DNA from: Chiloscyllium plagiosum | Lineage: Eukaryota | DNA length: 64,000 nucleotides | Direction: 5' to 3' | Assembly (NCBI RefSeq): GCF_004010195.1 | Contig: NC_057718.1 | Coordinates: forward strand, 44,423,341-44,487,340 | In this document: piece by piece, positions 41,353 through 55,059 of the stretch | How positions within the stretch are numbered: the first letter of the stretch is position 1 | How the letters are laid out: each line of letters begins with the position of its first letter | Notes under the pieces: model-generated | Database searches by the model: none | Seen by the model: the letters and a program-made list of their open reading frames with translations, nothing else | Told to the model about the DNA's origin: nothing | Translations under genes and position numbers: made by a program

Positions 41353-41406
41353 CTCGAGAAAAAGGAGTCTGGAATCCACATTAGTGTTTGTCTGGAGGTG
41401 CTGAAT
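41353..41406 (-). CDS. KCTD3: KCTD3 exon 2 ([19 protein letters not shown])
   Basis: gcag| acceptor, |gtaaga donor; 54 nt; peptide matches the KCTD3 BTB domain; phase fits exon 1. Confidence 0.96.
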
Positions 41407-41875
41407 CTGCAACCATAAATAAAAGGATTATGTTTGTACTGGAAATAAATTGAAAATATTTAAAACTATTAATAAAATCAAAAAAACTTACCAGATTCCC
41501 TACAATGAATTACTCTGCGTTTTAAATTTATACAAAAAGGAATAATACAGATCTAGTTAACTTGTGTTCATAGATGGGATTTTCAATTGCTCAAGAGGGT
41601 GGGAACAGTAGCTGACACAATTTGAAAATTGTGCTTCCAAACATTGTGTCAGTGACCTGACACCTCCAGCATGCACTGGTATTCAGAGTGAGACAGGATA
41701 GTAATGGTGGTAGGATGAGGGGGGATGCTGTCCAAGAAACCAAGAATCTGCTGTCTTTCAAATCTCAAATTGCAAAACCAGTCTGGTTCACAATAGTGCA
41801 CAGCTGTTGAGTTCAATGTGGAAACTATTAAATAATTTATTTTATAAAATATATCACAGGAAGGCCACTTCTGTA

Positions 41876-42804
41876 CAGAGGAGCCTCAACTGTCCGAGCA
41901 AGATGGGCGCGCACTACTGTATTTGGTTAATTGATTATTTGGTTAATTGATTCAATACCTCTCCTCGAGGGCTTGGAGATTTCTAAAGTTTCCTTTTTCT
42001 TCTCTCTGCCTGCCTTGCTCCCTCTCTCTGTCTCAGGGTTTGTTTCTGAGCAGACACACACTTGTTTGTAAGGGACCTGCAGCATTGATGATGCTCTCCC
42101 CCCCCCCCACCAAAACAGTTCAGTGGGATTGACACAGCGAGCACTTGGTCAGTCCGCTCCCCATTCAGGACACTAGGCATCAGCACACCGCGCATGAGCC
42201 TCCGCATCCCCCCGTCCCCAAACCCCATCCAACCGCGACCTCCATCTGCCCCCCAAACCTCATCCGACACCCCACAACCTCGCAACCCTCCAAAAAAAAA
42301 AACCCCCGTGTCCAATACCTCCCCATTCCCCACCCTGGCAGCACCAATAGTAAGACTGCTGCTGCCTTTGGGCAGGGGGGGTGAGTCTCCATATAGCAAA
42401 TATGCACAGCTACACATAACACAGACACACACACGACTTTTATTGCAACTTTTTGTCAAGTTCCCACTATGCCCTGTACAGGACAATGTTGTAGAGATTA
42501 TCTGGGGAATGGGGATTTAGGATAACACCATGTAGAACTCCAGCGTAAGTGTGGGGAAAGAGAGAGAGAGAGAGAGAGGGGGTGGGAGGTCAGTCATTTG
42601 GAGACTGTTCCTGGGCTCCCAACAATGTCCAGGGCTGTTCTCAGCAGCATTTCAGTAAGCTGAGGTCATTTTTAATCATTGTAAACAAAAGGCGCGATCA
42701 GTAATGAAACAGCTCTTTGATGCAATGTTTCTGTCAGGACCTCGCGATCTCCTTCGGATAATCTGATATTTGGATAATGATACTCGATAATCAAGGTTCC
42801 TCTG
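41876..42804. mobile_element. Non-autonomous Tc1/mariner-pogo (Tigger-like) element / MITE
   Basis: Imperfect TIRs CAGAGGAGCCTCAACTGTCCGA and (reverse complement of right end) CAGAGGAACCTTGATTATCGA; TA on both flanks (41874-75, 42805-06); subterminal short repeats. Confidence 0.8.
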
Positions 42805-42844
42805 TATTTTGTGAAAGTGTGGACTGCATATCATTGTCAAAGAG

Positions 42845-43650
42845 TGCTGCTGAAAAAGCACATATGGTCAGGCAGCATCTGAGGAGCAGGAGAGTCAACG
42901 TTTTGGACATAAGCTCTTCATCAGGAATGAGGCTTGTGGGCCAAGGGGGCTGAGAGATAATGGGAGGTGGGTGGGGGTGGGGCGTGAAAGTGAGAGGTTG
43001 GAGAGGAGGGTGGAGCAGATAGATGGAAAGGAAAATGGACAGGTAGGACAGTTCAAGAGAGCAGTACCAAGTTGGGAATTTGGGACTGGGATAAGGTGGG
43101 GGAGGTGAAAATGGGGAAACTGGTGAAATCCACATCGATCCCATGTGGTTGGAGGGTCCCAAGGTGGAAGATGAGGTATGCTTTCTCCAGGCTTCAAGTG
43201 GTTAGGGTTTGGCAATGGAGGAGGCCCAGGACCTGTACGTCCTTGGTGCAGTAGGAAGGGGAGTTAAAGTATTCAGCTACAGGGCAATGGGGTTGGTTGG
43301 TGCGGGTATCCTAGAGATGTTCTCTAAACAATCTGTAAGTCGGCATCCTGTTTCCCCAATGGAAACGAGACCACATCAGGTGTAACGGATGCAGAAGAGG
43401 ACATTCGATGAAGCACAGGTGAATTTCTGTTGGAAATGGAAGGATCCTTTGGGGCCTTGGACAGAGGTGAGAGTGGAAGTGAGCACAGGTTCTGCACTTC
43501 TTGCCATTGCAGGGGAAGATGGGTTGGTGGGAGGGCGTGGACCTGACAAGGGAGTTGTGGAGTGAATGGCCTCTCCAAAACACAGATAGGGGTGGGGAGA
43601 GAAATATATCTCTGGTGGGGGGGTCTGTTTGTAGGTGGCAGAAATGGTGC
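42845..43650 (-). mobile_element. Second Penelope-like element 3' fragment (GIY-YIG region, 3'UTR, mutated hammerhead)
   Basis: QGPKGSFHFQQKFTCASSNVLFCIR followed by a CGLVSIGETG-like motif; hammerhead-like tail at 42893-42928 (CUGAUGA...AAAACGUU, G12 mutated). Confidence 0.85.
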
Positions 43651-44339
43651 AATAATATTCTTTAAAGTTCAATATCAACAAATTGCATACTTGCAGTCAG
43701 AGTCCATAAAACACTCTAATATATTGGTAAAGCAGCATCATGAGCATTGTAGTGAAAGTGAGAATGGACAGAAAGAACGTTGAATAACCTGGCTGTATAA
43801 ATATACAAAATTAACTTAGGCAAATACAAATTATAGAACTAGTCTAACTATACTTTGGCTTCAGAGTAGCTCCATTGACTGTACTTTGGTGTCAGTAGGA
43901 TATCCTACTGTTAAGTGCAAAGCCACATCATTTCTTTTTCAGCCAGAAATGACAAATAACTAACAGTGTCACTCGGGTATTTCTTTTTTCAAATCAACAT
44001 GTTCAGGCGTGCTGTGGCGCACCTTTGGAGTAGGTGGGATTTGAAACCAGGCCTCCTGGCTCAACAATATTATTCAGAAATAGCAGGTACTAAACCTTAG
44101 AGTAGAAATTACGATTTAATACTTACAATTTAATGAACAGAATCTCTACAATGTTCTGGAATGATTTGGTAGATGCACAAGTCTCTGGGACACAAGGGGT
44201 TAGGAACCAAACCATAGTTTAGTTTGGCAAGTGGGAAAAAAGATAATTCTTGGCTATCACCAACAGCAGACTGAAGAGACATCCACATTCGAGCTTACAG
44301 GTTGTAATCTCCCAAATGTAAGTGAAACCGAATGGAAGA

Positions 44340-45255
44340 AAGGGCAGAGTATTGAGCACAGAAATTGGGAGGTCATGTTGCAGTTGTACAAGACGTTGGC
44401 TAAGCCACTTCTGGAATATTGTGTGCAATTCTGGTCTCCTTCCTATTGGAAGGATGTTGCGAAATTCGAAAGGGTTCAGAAAAGATTTACAAGGATGTTG
44501 TCAGGGTTGGAGCTATATGGAGAGGCTGAACAGGCTGGGACTGTTTTCCCTGGAGCGGAGGCTGAGGGGTGACCTTATAGAGGTTTAGAAAATCTTGAGG
44601 GGCATGGATAGGATAAATAATCAAGGTCTTTTCCCCAGGGTGGTGGAGTCGAGAACTAGAGGTTTAAGGTGAGAGGGAAAAGATTTAGATTAGATTTTTA
44701 GATTAGATTAGATTACAGTGTGGAAACAGGCCCTTCGGCCCAACAAGTCCACACCGACCCGCCGAAGCGAAACCCACCCGTACCCCTACCCCTACATTTA
44801 CCCCTTACCTAACACTACAGGCAATTTAGTATGGCCAATTCACCTGACCCTGCACATCTTTGGACTGTAGGAGGAAACCGGAGCACCCGGAGGAAACCCA
44901 CGCAGACACGGGGAGAACGTGCAAACTCCACACAGTCAGTCGCCTGAGGCGGGAATTGAACCCGGGTCTCTGGCGCTGTGAGGCAGCAGTACCACTGTGC
45001 CACCGTGCCGCCCACATTTAAAAGGCATCTATGGGGCAACGTTTTCATCCAGTGTGTGGTGCATGTATGAAATGAGCTGCCAGAGGAAGTGGTGGAGGCT
45101 GATACAATTACAATATTGAAAAGGCATCTGGATTGGTATGTGAATAGGAAAGGTTTTGAGGGATATGGGCCAAGTGCTGGCAAATGGGACTAGATAATGT
45201 AGGATAAGTTGGACTGAAGGGTCGGTTTCTGTGTTGTATATCTCTATGACTCTGA
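44340..45255 (+). mobile_element. CR1 3' end interrupted by an HE1 SINE
   Basis: LYKTLAKPLLEYCVQFWSP, ERLNRLGLFSLERRLRGDLIEV; resumes after 45013. Confidence 0.88.
44685..45013 (-). mobile_element. Young HE1-type V-SINE inside CR1
   Basis: CpG-rich, near-consensus; GGGCGGCACGGTGGC head; long TCTAA tail. Confidence 0.92.
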
Positions 45256-45423
45256 GTGGGGAGGAATACATGTTATACATTTTGACATTTCAATCACATG
45301 GCTTTGGAGAGAATTAGGGATAGCAGCGAACCTAACTGGTCAATACTGTACAGAGTTGCCAACATAGGGGATTCAGTGGTGCTACTGCATGTAGTCAATG
45401 CTATGACATACTCATACCTTGAC

Positions 45424-46023
45424 AGAATCATAGAATCCTGACCGTGTGGATAGGGGTCCTTTGGCACATGTCCACACCAACCCTCCAAAGGGTAATCCAC
45501 CCAGACCCATTCCACTATCATACGATTGTATATTTATCCCAACTAATGTACCTAACCTACACATCTTTTGATTGTGGGAGGAAACCAGAGCACCCAGAGG
45601 AAATCCACGCAGACACTGGGTGAATGTGCAAACTCCACACGGACAGTCGCCTGACGCTGGAATTTAACCCGGGTCCCTGACACTGTGAAGCAGCAGTGCT
45701 AACCACTGAGCCAACCTACCATATTTGATTAGATTAGATTCCCTACAGTGTGGAAACAGGCCCTTCGACCCAATAAGTCCACACCGACCCTCCAAAGAGT
45801 AACCCACCCAGTCCCTCTGACTATGGGCAATTTAGCATGGCCAATTCACCTGACCTGCACATCTTTGGACAATGGGAGGAAACCAGAGCACCCAGAGGAA
45901 ACCCACGCAGACATGGGGAAAATACGCAAACTCCACACAGACAGTCACCCGCGGCCAGAATTGAATCTGGGACCCTGGCGCTGTGAGGCAGCAGAGCTAA
46001 CCACTGAGCCACCATGCCGCCCC
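45424..46023 (-). mobile_element. Two tandem HE1-type V-SINEs (45424-45714, 45727-46023)
   Basis: Two consecutive head/V-core/tail units. Confidence 0.88.
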
Positions 46024-47409
46024 AAAATATCTTTTGATATGACCATTAATTTGCTGGATAACATGACAAGTTTTAGTTTCAACTCATTGCCGCTATCGTT
46101 CCAGAGAGCTACACTTTCATGAATCCATTAACTCTTTCGAGATAAAAGGAGTGTTAAGTGCATGGAACAAGCAAGGACAAACCAACATTTGGTGATCCAA
46201 ATTAAAAATGTATCAGGGTAAAAAACTGTGTGGTGAGGCAAAATAGCCAGAAATATTCAACAATGTGCGGAGAAAAATCAAATATTAATTAAAACTACAA
46301 TGTTACTCCTGAAGTATAGATGAGGAAAAAGGTCATGGATGAATGCGAACTGTCCTAATATAATTGAAGTCAAGGCTGTTGCACTTGACTCTGCTCAAAA
46401 GACAGGTAGTTTAGGAATGCTGAGCTAGCCAAGTGCTCTGCTAGACCAGCTGTGGGAACAATTCAAACATCTCAATATTCCCAAACCTGGGAGGATTATT
46501 TGTAAATTTCTGAGAAAAGCATAATGGGAGGTAGTGAGAGAACAAAAAAGCAGACTCAAAGGTTTGAGGAAATACAAAATAAATTACAGTATGCTGTTCA
46601 TCCCAATATTATGTTCTGCATTTAGGTTAACAATTGCTGTACAGCAGAGGTGATGCAAGTGGCATTCTTAACCACATGTACCTCTTCATTGGTAATGACA
46701 CAAAATGGTGTGTGTTATGAATGGCAGTTCTTACATAACTGGGACTACAGTGGTTCAAGAAGGTGGCTCATCACCACCAAGATAATTAAAAACGGGCAAT
46801 AAATGTTAACAAGACTCTGCCATTCTTTGAAAAAAAACTGAGAAAAATATATACTACATTGGGAACCAATCTCAGATTCATAGTTTTTTTTTCCTCATTC
46901 TCATTATGAATAAACAAGAAATGTACAATTTACATTATAGCATCAAACTTGTTTTTATGCTGACAAGTCTGTATCATAGCCTCAGATTATTTAATAAACT
47001 TAAAAATAAATATTCACACTAATAGCCAATATTTCACATTGAAAAATAAAGATCTGTTTGCACTGGCAAATGGTAAGCCTTAAAGTCTTAAAATATGTTC
47101 TGTATAGGAAATAAAAGCATAAACAAAAACTGAGACTTGTGGGACTTCACATGTCGGATAGCCACATCTGCTCTGTTAATCATAGGTGTTGATGCTAAGG
47201 TTTATATTTTCACAATGAAAGCAAAACAACTTTGAAAAGGTGCTTGAGATTTTCATAACAGGAACAGATACAGGGAAGTAACAAAATGCTGCACTACAAT
47301 TATTTGAAAAAAAATACTAAGTCCAGCAAAGCTTCTGGACTACCCAAATCCAGACCAAAATAAAACAAAAAGCAAAGACATGTTCAATCATAAAATATAC
47401 CCAACTTAT

Positions 47410-47740
47410 TTTTATTCATCCATGGGATGAGGAGGATGGCTACACCAGCATTTATTGCCCATCCCTAATTTCCCAGAGGTTAATGAAGAGTCAACCACAT
47501 TATTGTAGATCTGGAGTCACATACAGGCCAGGTAAGTGTAGCAGTTTTCTTCCCTAAAAGGGAATTAGTGAACAAGATTTTTTTTTTCTGACAATAGACA
47601 TGGTCACCATTAGACTTTTAATTCCAGAGATTTGATATGGAATTTACATTCCACCATCTGCCGTGGCAAGATTCAAACTCAGGTCCCCAGAATATTACCT
47701 GGGTTTCTGGATTAACAATCCAGTGATTATACCACTTGGC
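47410..47740 (-). mobile_element. tRNA-headed SINE sharing its 3' tail with the Zenon/Crack-like LINE
   Basis: Head agtggtataatcactgga...gagtttgaatc; tail gggcaataaatg also seen at about 46790 (+). Confidence 0.65.
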
Positions 47741-50700
47741 TGGACCCTCTACACTTTGTCCCTACAGTTCTGTTCTTATGTTATTTCTGAATATGCACCA
47801 AATTTGTCATATGATTTTAACTGCTGGACTACGTTCAGCTGCTAGGCATTATGAACTTACTGTGTCAAGTATCTTTTATTCACTACAACACAAATATTCC
47901 CTATAATAGCAGTCAATAAGATATTATGACAAGTTACACATTTCTTAAACACAAATCAGATTTGACTCATTTTCTTATTCCTTCTATCATACTAACTTAC
48001 TGCATATGATTTTGTAATCATCTTTTGTTCGGACTGCCCCATGACAATACAGCAAAAATGGCTGACAATGGTCCCATGTTTTGCTATCCTAAAGATAAGA
48101 ACATTTCATACAAACTACTTATTTCTTTTAAGTCTCTTTCTAATCAATTAGATATAAATACAACAAGCAGGTTTTAATCAAGATTCTTCAAGATAACTAT
48201 TGATATAAGATTGAGGTGTTATAGAAAGGTGATTATTAATTTCTAATATATTAGAAAGAAAGGTTTAAAACTAATAGTGAGAGGGCTCCCTAATGTTCAT
48301 GTGGACAGCAGCTATGAGAGTTGGAACGGTGAGAAATCTCAAAGAAAACTTTACAGCCCTTTACAAAATAGCAAAACGCAGACATCATAGTTGAGAGTTA
48401 AAAGGTCAAAAGCAACCATGGAAAGTTCAGTTTCCCACACACCAAAAGGGGCCCCATTCAGATCATAGCAACAAGATTACTAATTGAATGATGTACTGGG
48501 AATCCAATTATAGTTGAACAACCCAGCACTACATAAAATAGTATACATGTGGAATGAGAATGTGCTGCCATGTTAATGTTAAAAGAGAAATGTATAAAAA
48601 CATTTCACTTGAAGTTGAAATCAGAGTGTCATGGACTTTTCTTCCAATCTGAACCACAGATTATGAGAGTAATTGAACCTTCCATGTCGAGGCCAGATTC
48701 AAGCGAAGTCTTTGGCCTCTCCTTGTATTGTACCGGTGAAATTCATGAATAAAATTACCATGTGCCTCAAGCTTTGCAGTCTCCTGATCTTATCTCTGGA
48801 AAGAGTTGCTCAAACATCTTTGTTAACTAACCAAAATATATATTTTCTTTCTATATCTACAGCAGCTCGACTTTATGTCTGATGCAGGCCCAGATCACTA
48901 AACTGCAGTCTTTGGTAAGAATTTTTTTTAAACCCAGATTCCATCCACCCAAGAGGCAAAAACATCAAAATCCTAACATGACTGACAGATTCATACATTG
49001 ACTCATATCAAGAACCTTTTTTTGATAATTTTTCTAATAAAATAGATAAGTTAGAAAACGTCTTACAAGTTTATAGTACAGCACATCCCAAACAGTTGCC
49101 GGTTGAAATTGAGTGGACGCAAGCCCCAAGGCCGCAATGACAGCGGAGGAGTTCCAACTGAGTATTAAAGCTGTGAAGCCCCTTTAAATCTAACAGGTTT
49201 TGAGCCATCTAATGGGTATGGCTCAACTATCTATTCTGTAGTTCTCAATCCTGTCTTGGAAAACTGGTGCTATTTACTTAAAAATGCTCACTTCTCATCC
49301 ACTCCAGCCTCACAGATATGGGGTCATGGGAATTTTCAAGTTCTAAAATGATGTCATTATGGGAAAATGCCTGGGAAGCGCTATTAGAATTGATAGAGAT
49401 GGTACACTAGTCACATGGCACTAGTGCAATAGTTAGTACAATGTGTTCTGAACAATCAAAATGTGCCCATTTAACATATTATTCAATCTTTCACAATTAT
49501 GATCTGACAAGTCAAGGGAAGAAGATACATTGAAGCAACTCAGTGGCAGCCCACAGTTTCAAAAGTCATAAACAAAAGGCGTGAAAAAAAAAACTTTTGA
49601 TCAAAATGTTCTAGATAGTGCTTACGTGAGATGATTTCCAAGAACTCAACATTAATGCCAAGCTCCACAGCATGTATGACTAATATAACACTACCCACTT
49701 TGTAGTAGGCTCAGCTCATGTACGGAATAGTGTTGGCTAATTAGTAATGTTTTAGTGAGAATATTTACTGAAAATGCTCTATGACTTAATTTCAGTTTGA
49801 ACAAAAATAATATGAATTTGGCAACAGAATGCTTGCAAGGCAAGTCACCCAGTCTCACTGCTTATTGCATAGTTAGGTTACTAGTAAAGCACACTCTCAT
49901 CTGCCCTGAGGCCCAACCTCAGAAAAGCACTTTTCTACCAATGACATTTTTCTTCCTTTTCCCACACGAGCCATCCTGTAGCATCTGAGTAAGGAGGTCA
50001 ATTATTGCCCAATTATAAAACCTTATCCTATGATTTATCCCATGTTGAACTGGATTGAAAACACCCAAATTCATTCAACAGAACCCTTATAGCGTGTTGA
50101 CGAATGAGAAGCAAACCTGGAGAGAATGTGAAATGGTGTTCCAGAGTGAACGCCCAATGTCTAACCAATTGTGAAATTCAGCTCCTGGAAAATATTGTTA
50201 AAAATTATTTGCTGTTCCACACATTATTGTAAGCACTATCATTCAAATCACTGCATTTTATCCAAATTCATCACAATGCACATTGATAATTTGACGTATG
50301 AGAATGTTATTCTAAATAAAACCTAAATTGATTGTTTCTGTAACCATACCATCATTAACGTTCCAATAGGAGGATGACGACTCGTAATAAAAGAACACCA
50401 AGGGCCATCAAATAAATAATACCATGAATAACAAGGGATGCCTTAAGGAGATCAACTGTTCAGTTTGTTTGGTACACCTTGTTTAGTATCGAGCACCAAA
50501 AGTTTTTGTTTCTTCCAGTAGCATCTCACCAGCAACCTACTTTTATGTTGATCCAACTTAGTTTACAAGCATTCTGCCATTATTTCAGACAATGAGATCC
50601 TTTTTAGAAGTTCACTGGTATGGATTTCATTCTGCTGGAGAAATTCTGGCTTTTTATCAAAAGCTTTGGCAAAATCAAGTTCCCTCTCTATATGACGTTT

Positions 50701-52898
50701 ATTGTTGTCTGAAAAGGCTCAGATTTATCAGCCATACCAGTACTGGTGAAAGAAAGCTCAACTAAACCAGCCATATAAATGTCACGACTTTAAAATCAAG
50801 GATAGTGTCAACAGATGAGTACTATACAGCAAGTGACTCAACTTCTAACTCCCTAAAATATAGCCTTAACACCACCTAAAGACACAAGTCAGAACGGAGA
50901 TGGAATTCTCTCCAACCACTTGGATGAACGCAGCTACAGCCACATGCAAGAAGCTCGATACTAGTAAGGTCAAAGCACCCCATCTAGCATCTTGAACATT
51001 CACTCTCTCTGACACCAATGTTGCAGTGCATTTCATTTTTACAAGCACTGCATCATCCCATTCAGACTCTTTTAACAAGATTCGCCAACCCCTACAAACA
51101 CAGATATCAATGTAAACAAGGAGCAAATGGGCCATTAGGCCCCTAAAGCCTACATTATGGCTGATCAGCACGTAATCTCAAATTTACATTCCTGCCTATC
51201 CAATATAACCTTTCAATCCTTGCTTACCAAGCATCTAACCATCTTTATCTTAAACATATTCAAGGACTTTGCTTCCATCATCTTTTCAGTAAAAGGATTC
51301 CTAAAACTTATGTTTTAAATGGGCACACATTGATTTTTAAAAAGTGACCCCTAGTTCTAGCTTCTCTTACAAGAAGAAACATTCTGTCCATCTTTACACT
51401 GTCAAGACTCCTCAGGATTTTATGTTTTAACCAGGTCACCTCTTACTCTTCTAAACTCCAGTAGATAAAAGCCTAGCTTATCCAACATTTCTTCACAAGA
51501 TAACCTGCCCATTCTTGGCATTTAGTCTACTAACTATGTCTGAACTGCCTCCAAAGTATTTACATCCTTCCTGAAATGTGACCAATACTAAGGAGTACTC
51601 CATATGCAACCCCACTAGTGCCCTGTATAATTGACCCAAAATTTCTTGATCAATGTATCCAATTCCTATTGCTAAATAATAGGATTCTATTAGCTTTCCT
51701 AATTATTCCTTGTAGTGCATAGTCAACTTTTGTGATTCAATTAGTAGGACAGCCAGATTCGTCTGCATATCAGTTCTGCACTCTCTCACCAATAACAACA
51801 TGCATTTTTAAAATTCTTCAGCCAGAATGGACGATTTTACATTTTCCCACTTAGCACTCTATTTGTCAGATCTTTGTCCACTCTATAACTAACTTTTTGG
51901 GGCCTCATCTTCTTTACAACTTACTTTCGCATCTGTCTGTTTCATCTGCAAATTTGGCAATTATACTTTGTCACTTCAGTCCAAGTAATTTATGTAAATT
52001 GCAATCAGGTAATATTCCAGCACTAAGCACTGTAGCACACCACTCGTTATATCTTGCCAAACTGAAAAAGACCTATTTGTGCTCCCTCTTCACTTCCTGT
52101 TGGCCAACCAATTTTCTATCAATGCCAACATGCTATCCCCTATACTGGCCCTTTACATTTTGACAATAATCTTTGATGTGGCATTATTCTAAATGCCTTC
52201 TGAAAATCTAAGTACTGTACATTAACCAATCCCGCTTTTACACATAACTGATTAAACACCACTTTCCCTTCACCAAGCCATGTTGACATTATGTGATTAA
52301 ACTGCACTTATCCAAGCACCCTGTTCTAACATTTTTCATAATATCTTCTCACATTTTCCCTCCAGCTGATAGTAAACTAACAGACCTACATTTTTCTGTT
52401 TCCTTCCCTTTTTGAAGAAAGAAGCCACATTCAAAATCTTTCAATCTAATGAGACATTTCCCAAATTGATGAATCTTTGGAAATCCAACCAATGTATCAA
52501 GAATTTTACTTGCCACGTTTTTTTTGAAAAGAGATTGTAGAGTGAAATCCATCATCACAACCTGGGCACTGGTCAGGCTACAGCTCCAAACATTTACTCA
52601 ACACCACTTCTTTAGTGTTTGGAAATTTACTGTGCTCCTGCTTCCCTTTTCCTGGTGTTTGGCTGCTCTGAGTTGTTGTATTCTCTCTAGTGAAGACTGA
52701 TGCAAAACACCTGTTCAGCTCATCTTCAATTTCCGTATTTTCCAATATTAATTCTCCAGACTCACTTTCTACAGGACCTACAGTTAACTTTGTTAACACT
52801 TGTTAAAATATTTACAGAAACTTTTACTATCTCATTTTATAATCTGGTTAGCTTTCTCTTGTATTTAATTTATCCCTTTATTGCTATTAACTGCAGAT

Positions 52899-53064
52899 TA
52901 GACAAGCTGGGGAGCTGGAAGAATACGGCAAGCCAGACAGCATCAGGAGGTGGAGAAGTAGATGTTTCGGGTATAACCCTTCTTCAGGAATTCCTGGCTT
53001 GTTGTGTTCTTCCAGCCCCCTGCTTGTCTACTTTGGATTCCAGTATCTGCAGTTTTTCTGTCAT
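52899..53064. mobile_element. Short palindromic PLE-derived element (hammerhead-like motif on - at about 52957-52990)
   Basis: CUGAAGA-A-GGGU-uau-ACCC-GAA-ACAU-C on minus strand; TSD-like ttaactgcagat (52887-52898) and ttaaatgcagat (53065-53076). Confidence 0.75.
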
Positions 53065-53153
53065 TTAAATGCAGATGGTGAGCCCATTTCTGGGAAATGT
53101 CCTTACTCTTTGGAAAATATGTGTTTTTTGAAATATCTCCTTGAATTTTTGCT

Positions 53154-53472
53154 GGAGCAGCATGGTGGCATTGTTGCCTCAGCACCAGGAACCCTGGTTC
53201 AATTCCAGCCTCGGGCAACTGTGGGGAGAGCATTCTCCCAGTGTCTGTGAGTGTCCTCCCATAGTCCAAAGATGTTCAGGTTAGGTGGATTGGCCATGCT
53301 AAATTGCCCACAATGTCCAGTTGAGCAGGCTAGTTGGATTAGCCACAGGAAATTATAGGGTTACACGGATAGGGTAGGGGAGAGGGTTTTAGTGGGATAC
53401 TCTTGAGAAGATTGGCGTGAACTCAATGGACTGAATGGCCTGCTTCCACACTACACGGCAGCTACGATTCTA
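53154..53472 (+). mobile_element. HE1-type V-SINE
   Basis: ggaaccctggttcaattcc, gccatgctaaattgccc, CR1-like tail. Confidence 0.85.
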
Positions 53473-54233
53473 GTACATTTCTATTAACATTTCCTTAAAA
53501 ACCTAATTTGCCAATTCACTTTAGTTAGCTTTGCATTTGTGCCCTCATAATTGCTTATATTTAAGTTTCATGAAAATCAGACTATTCCTTTCTTTGAAAT
53601 TAAGTCACATTATGATTACTGTTCCCCCAAGGCACCTTCACTATGAGATCATAAACTAATCCTATCTCATTGTGTAATATCCTGGTGCTCTAACCTCTTT
53701 CTTCAAACAGCATGTTCTGCAGCTAATCTCAGAAACATCCTATGAACTCATCTAGGCTACCTTTGTCCATCTGATTTTTCCAACATACATGTACATTAAA
53801 ATCTCTAATGATTATGGCCATATTTTTCTGACAAGCTCCAATTGTTTCTTTCTTTACGTTCCTCTTTACTGTGTTGTTATTGTTAAGGGGCTCCCTCCAA
53901 TTCCACTCCTTTTGCTTTACCATTTCTCATGTCTGCTCAAAACATTTCCACACCCTGCTCTGCTGAACTTCCATTACCCCTCTCTAACAACCTCTATCAC
54001 CTAAAAAGACAAGGCCACCAGCATACATGCCATGTACAAGTTACCTTCTTTAAGATACCATGTGTACAGCTGTGCCAAAAACAAAAGTCACAATTAAATG
54101 AATAGTTTACACACAAAAAAAGGGTTACAAAGGATTTGAAATCTACCACTACAAAGCCATACACCGTTCTGACTTGTAAAGTATTCTTGGTACAAGAGTA
54201 GGGACCTGGAACTCATAACCTAATAGCACTTGA

Positions 54234-54534
54234 AGATTAGATTAGATTCCTTACAGCGTGGAAACAGGCCTTTTAGGCCAACAGGTCCACACCGACCCTC
54301 AGAAGAGTAACCCACCCAAATACTTTTTCCCCTCTGACTAATGCACCTAACTGACAACTTAAGCATGGCCAATTCACCAAACCTGCACATCTTTGGACTG
54401 TGGGAGGAAACTGGAGCACCCAGAGGAAACCCACGCAAACACAGGGTGGTTGTGCAAACTCCACACAGTCACCTGAGGTTGGAATCAAACCTGGGTCCCT
54501 GGTGCTGTGAGGCACTGAGCTACCATGTCGCCCC
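54234..54534 (-). mobile_element. HE1-type V-SINE
   Basis: Same architecture as the other copies. Confidence 0.88.
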
Positions 54535-55059
54535 ATTGTGTTTAACTTCGCCATATATCTATAACAGTTCAAGAGGCAATCTCACCATGACTTTTGGCAA
54601 TTATGATTAGTGAATAAATATCTCTTCAGTTTAGAGATCCGGCCACTTCTCTGTCCGACTGATATGTAATTGCTTTGTCCAACTTATTTCTGAAGATTGA
54701 CTCGTGTTGCTCTCCTCCAGTGATGGCAGGCACCACAACATTGAGCTCGTTAGCAAACCATAAAATTGCAAAGAGCCAGTAATCGATCTTTAATCCTCAC
54801 AATATTACCCCCAACCAATAATGCTGGCGGGGTCCTTCAATAGCCAAAGGTTTGCTGATTGATATGAATTCAGGACAGAGGGCACCACCCAGTCGGGAGA
54901 GCCCTGTGGAGACTCATGCCATTCGGTGAAAGTTTAACTGAGGACGGCGATGGGTAAGAGTGGGGCGAGGATGATAAGTTACCGAGTGACACAGACAGCA
55001 GGAAGAGGGAGATGCTGAGCCCAATGGGACCAGGACCCGAATGGCACTGAGCTGACAGT

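Larger units (their letters stand above)
51105..53900 (-). mobile_element. Long degraded CR1 ORF2 (endonuclease to 3' end) with nested SINE and PLE insertions
   Basis: IIIRDFNVHVCW (endonuclease), ELNRCFASVFT, FADE, 3' tail at about 51105. Confidence 0.8.

Noticed and set aside
41947..42520. Cluster of 60-167 aa ORFs on both strands
   Set aside because: Low-complexity C-rich interior of a MITE; no recognisable domain or splice support
44950..45013. tRNA-like sequences with A/B boxes (also in other SINE heads)
   Set aside because: They are SINE 5' heads fused to V-core and LINE tails, not tRNA genes
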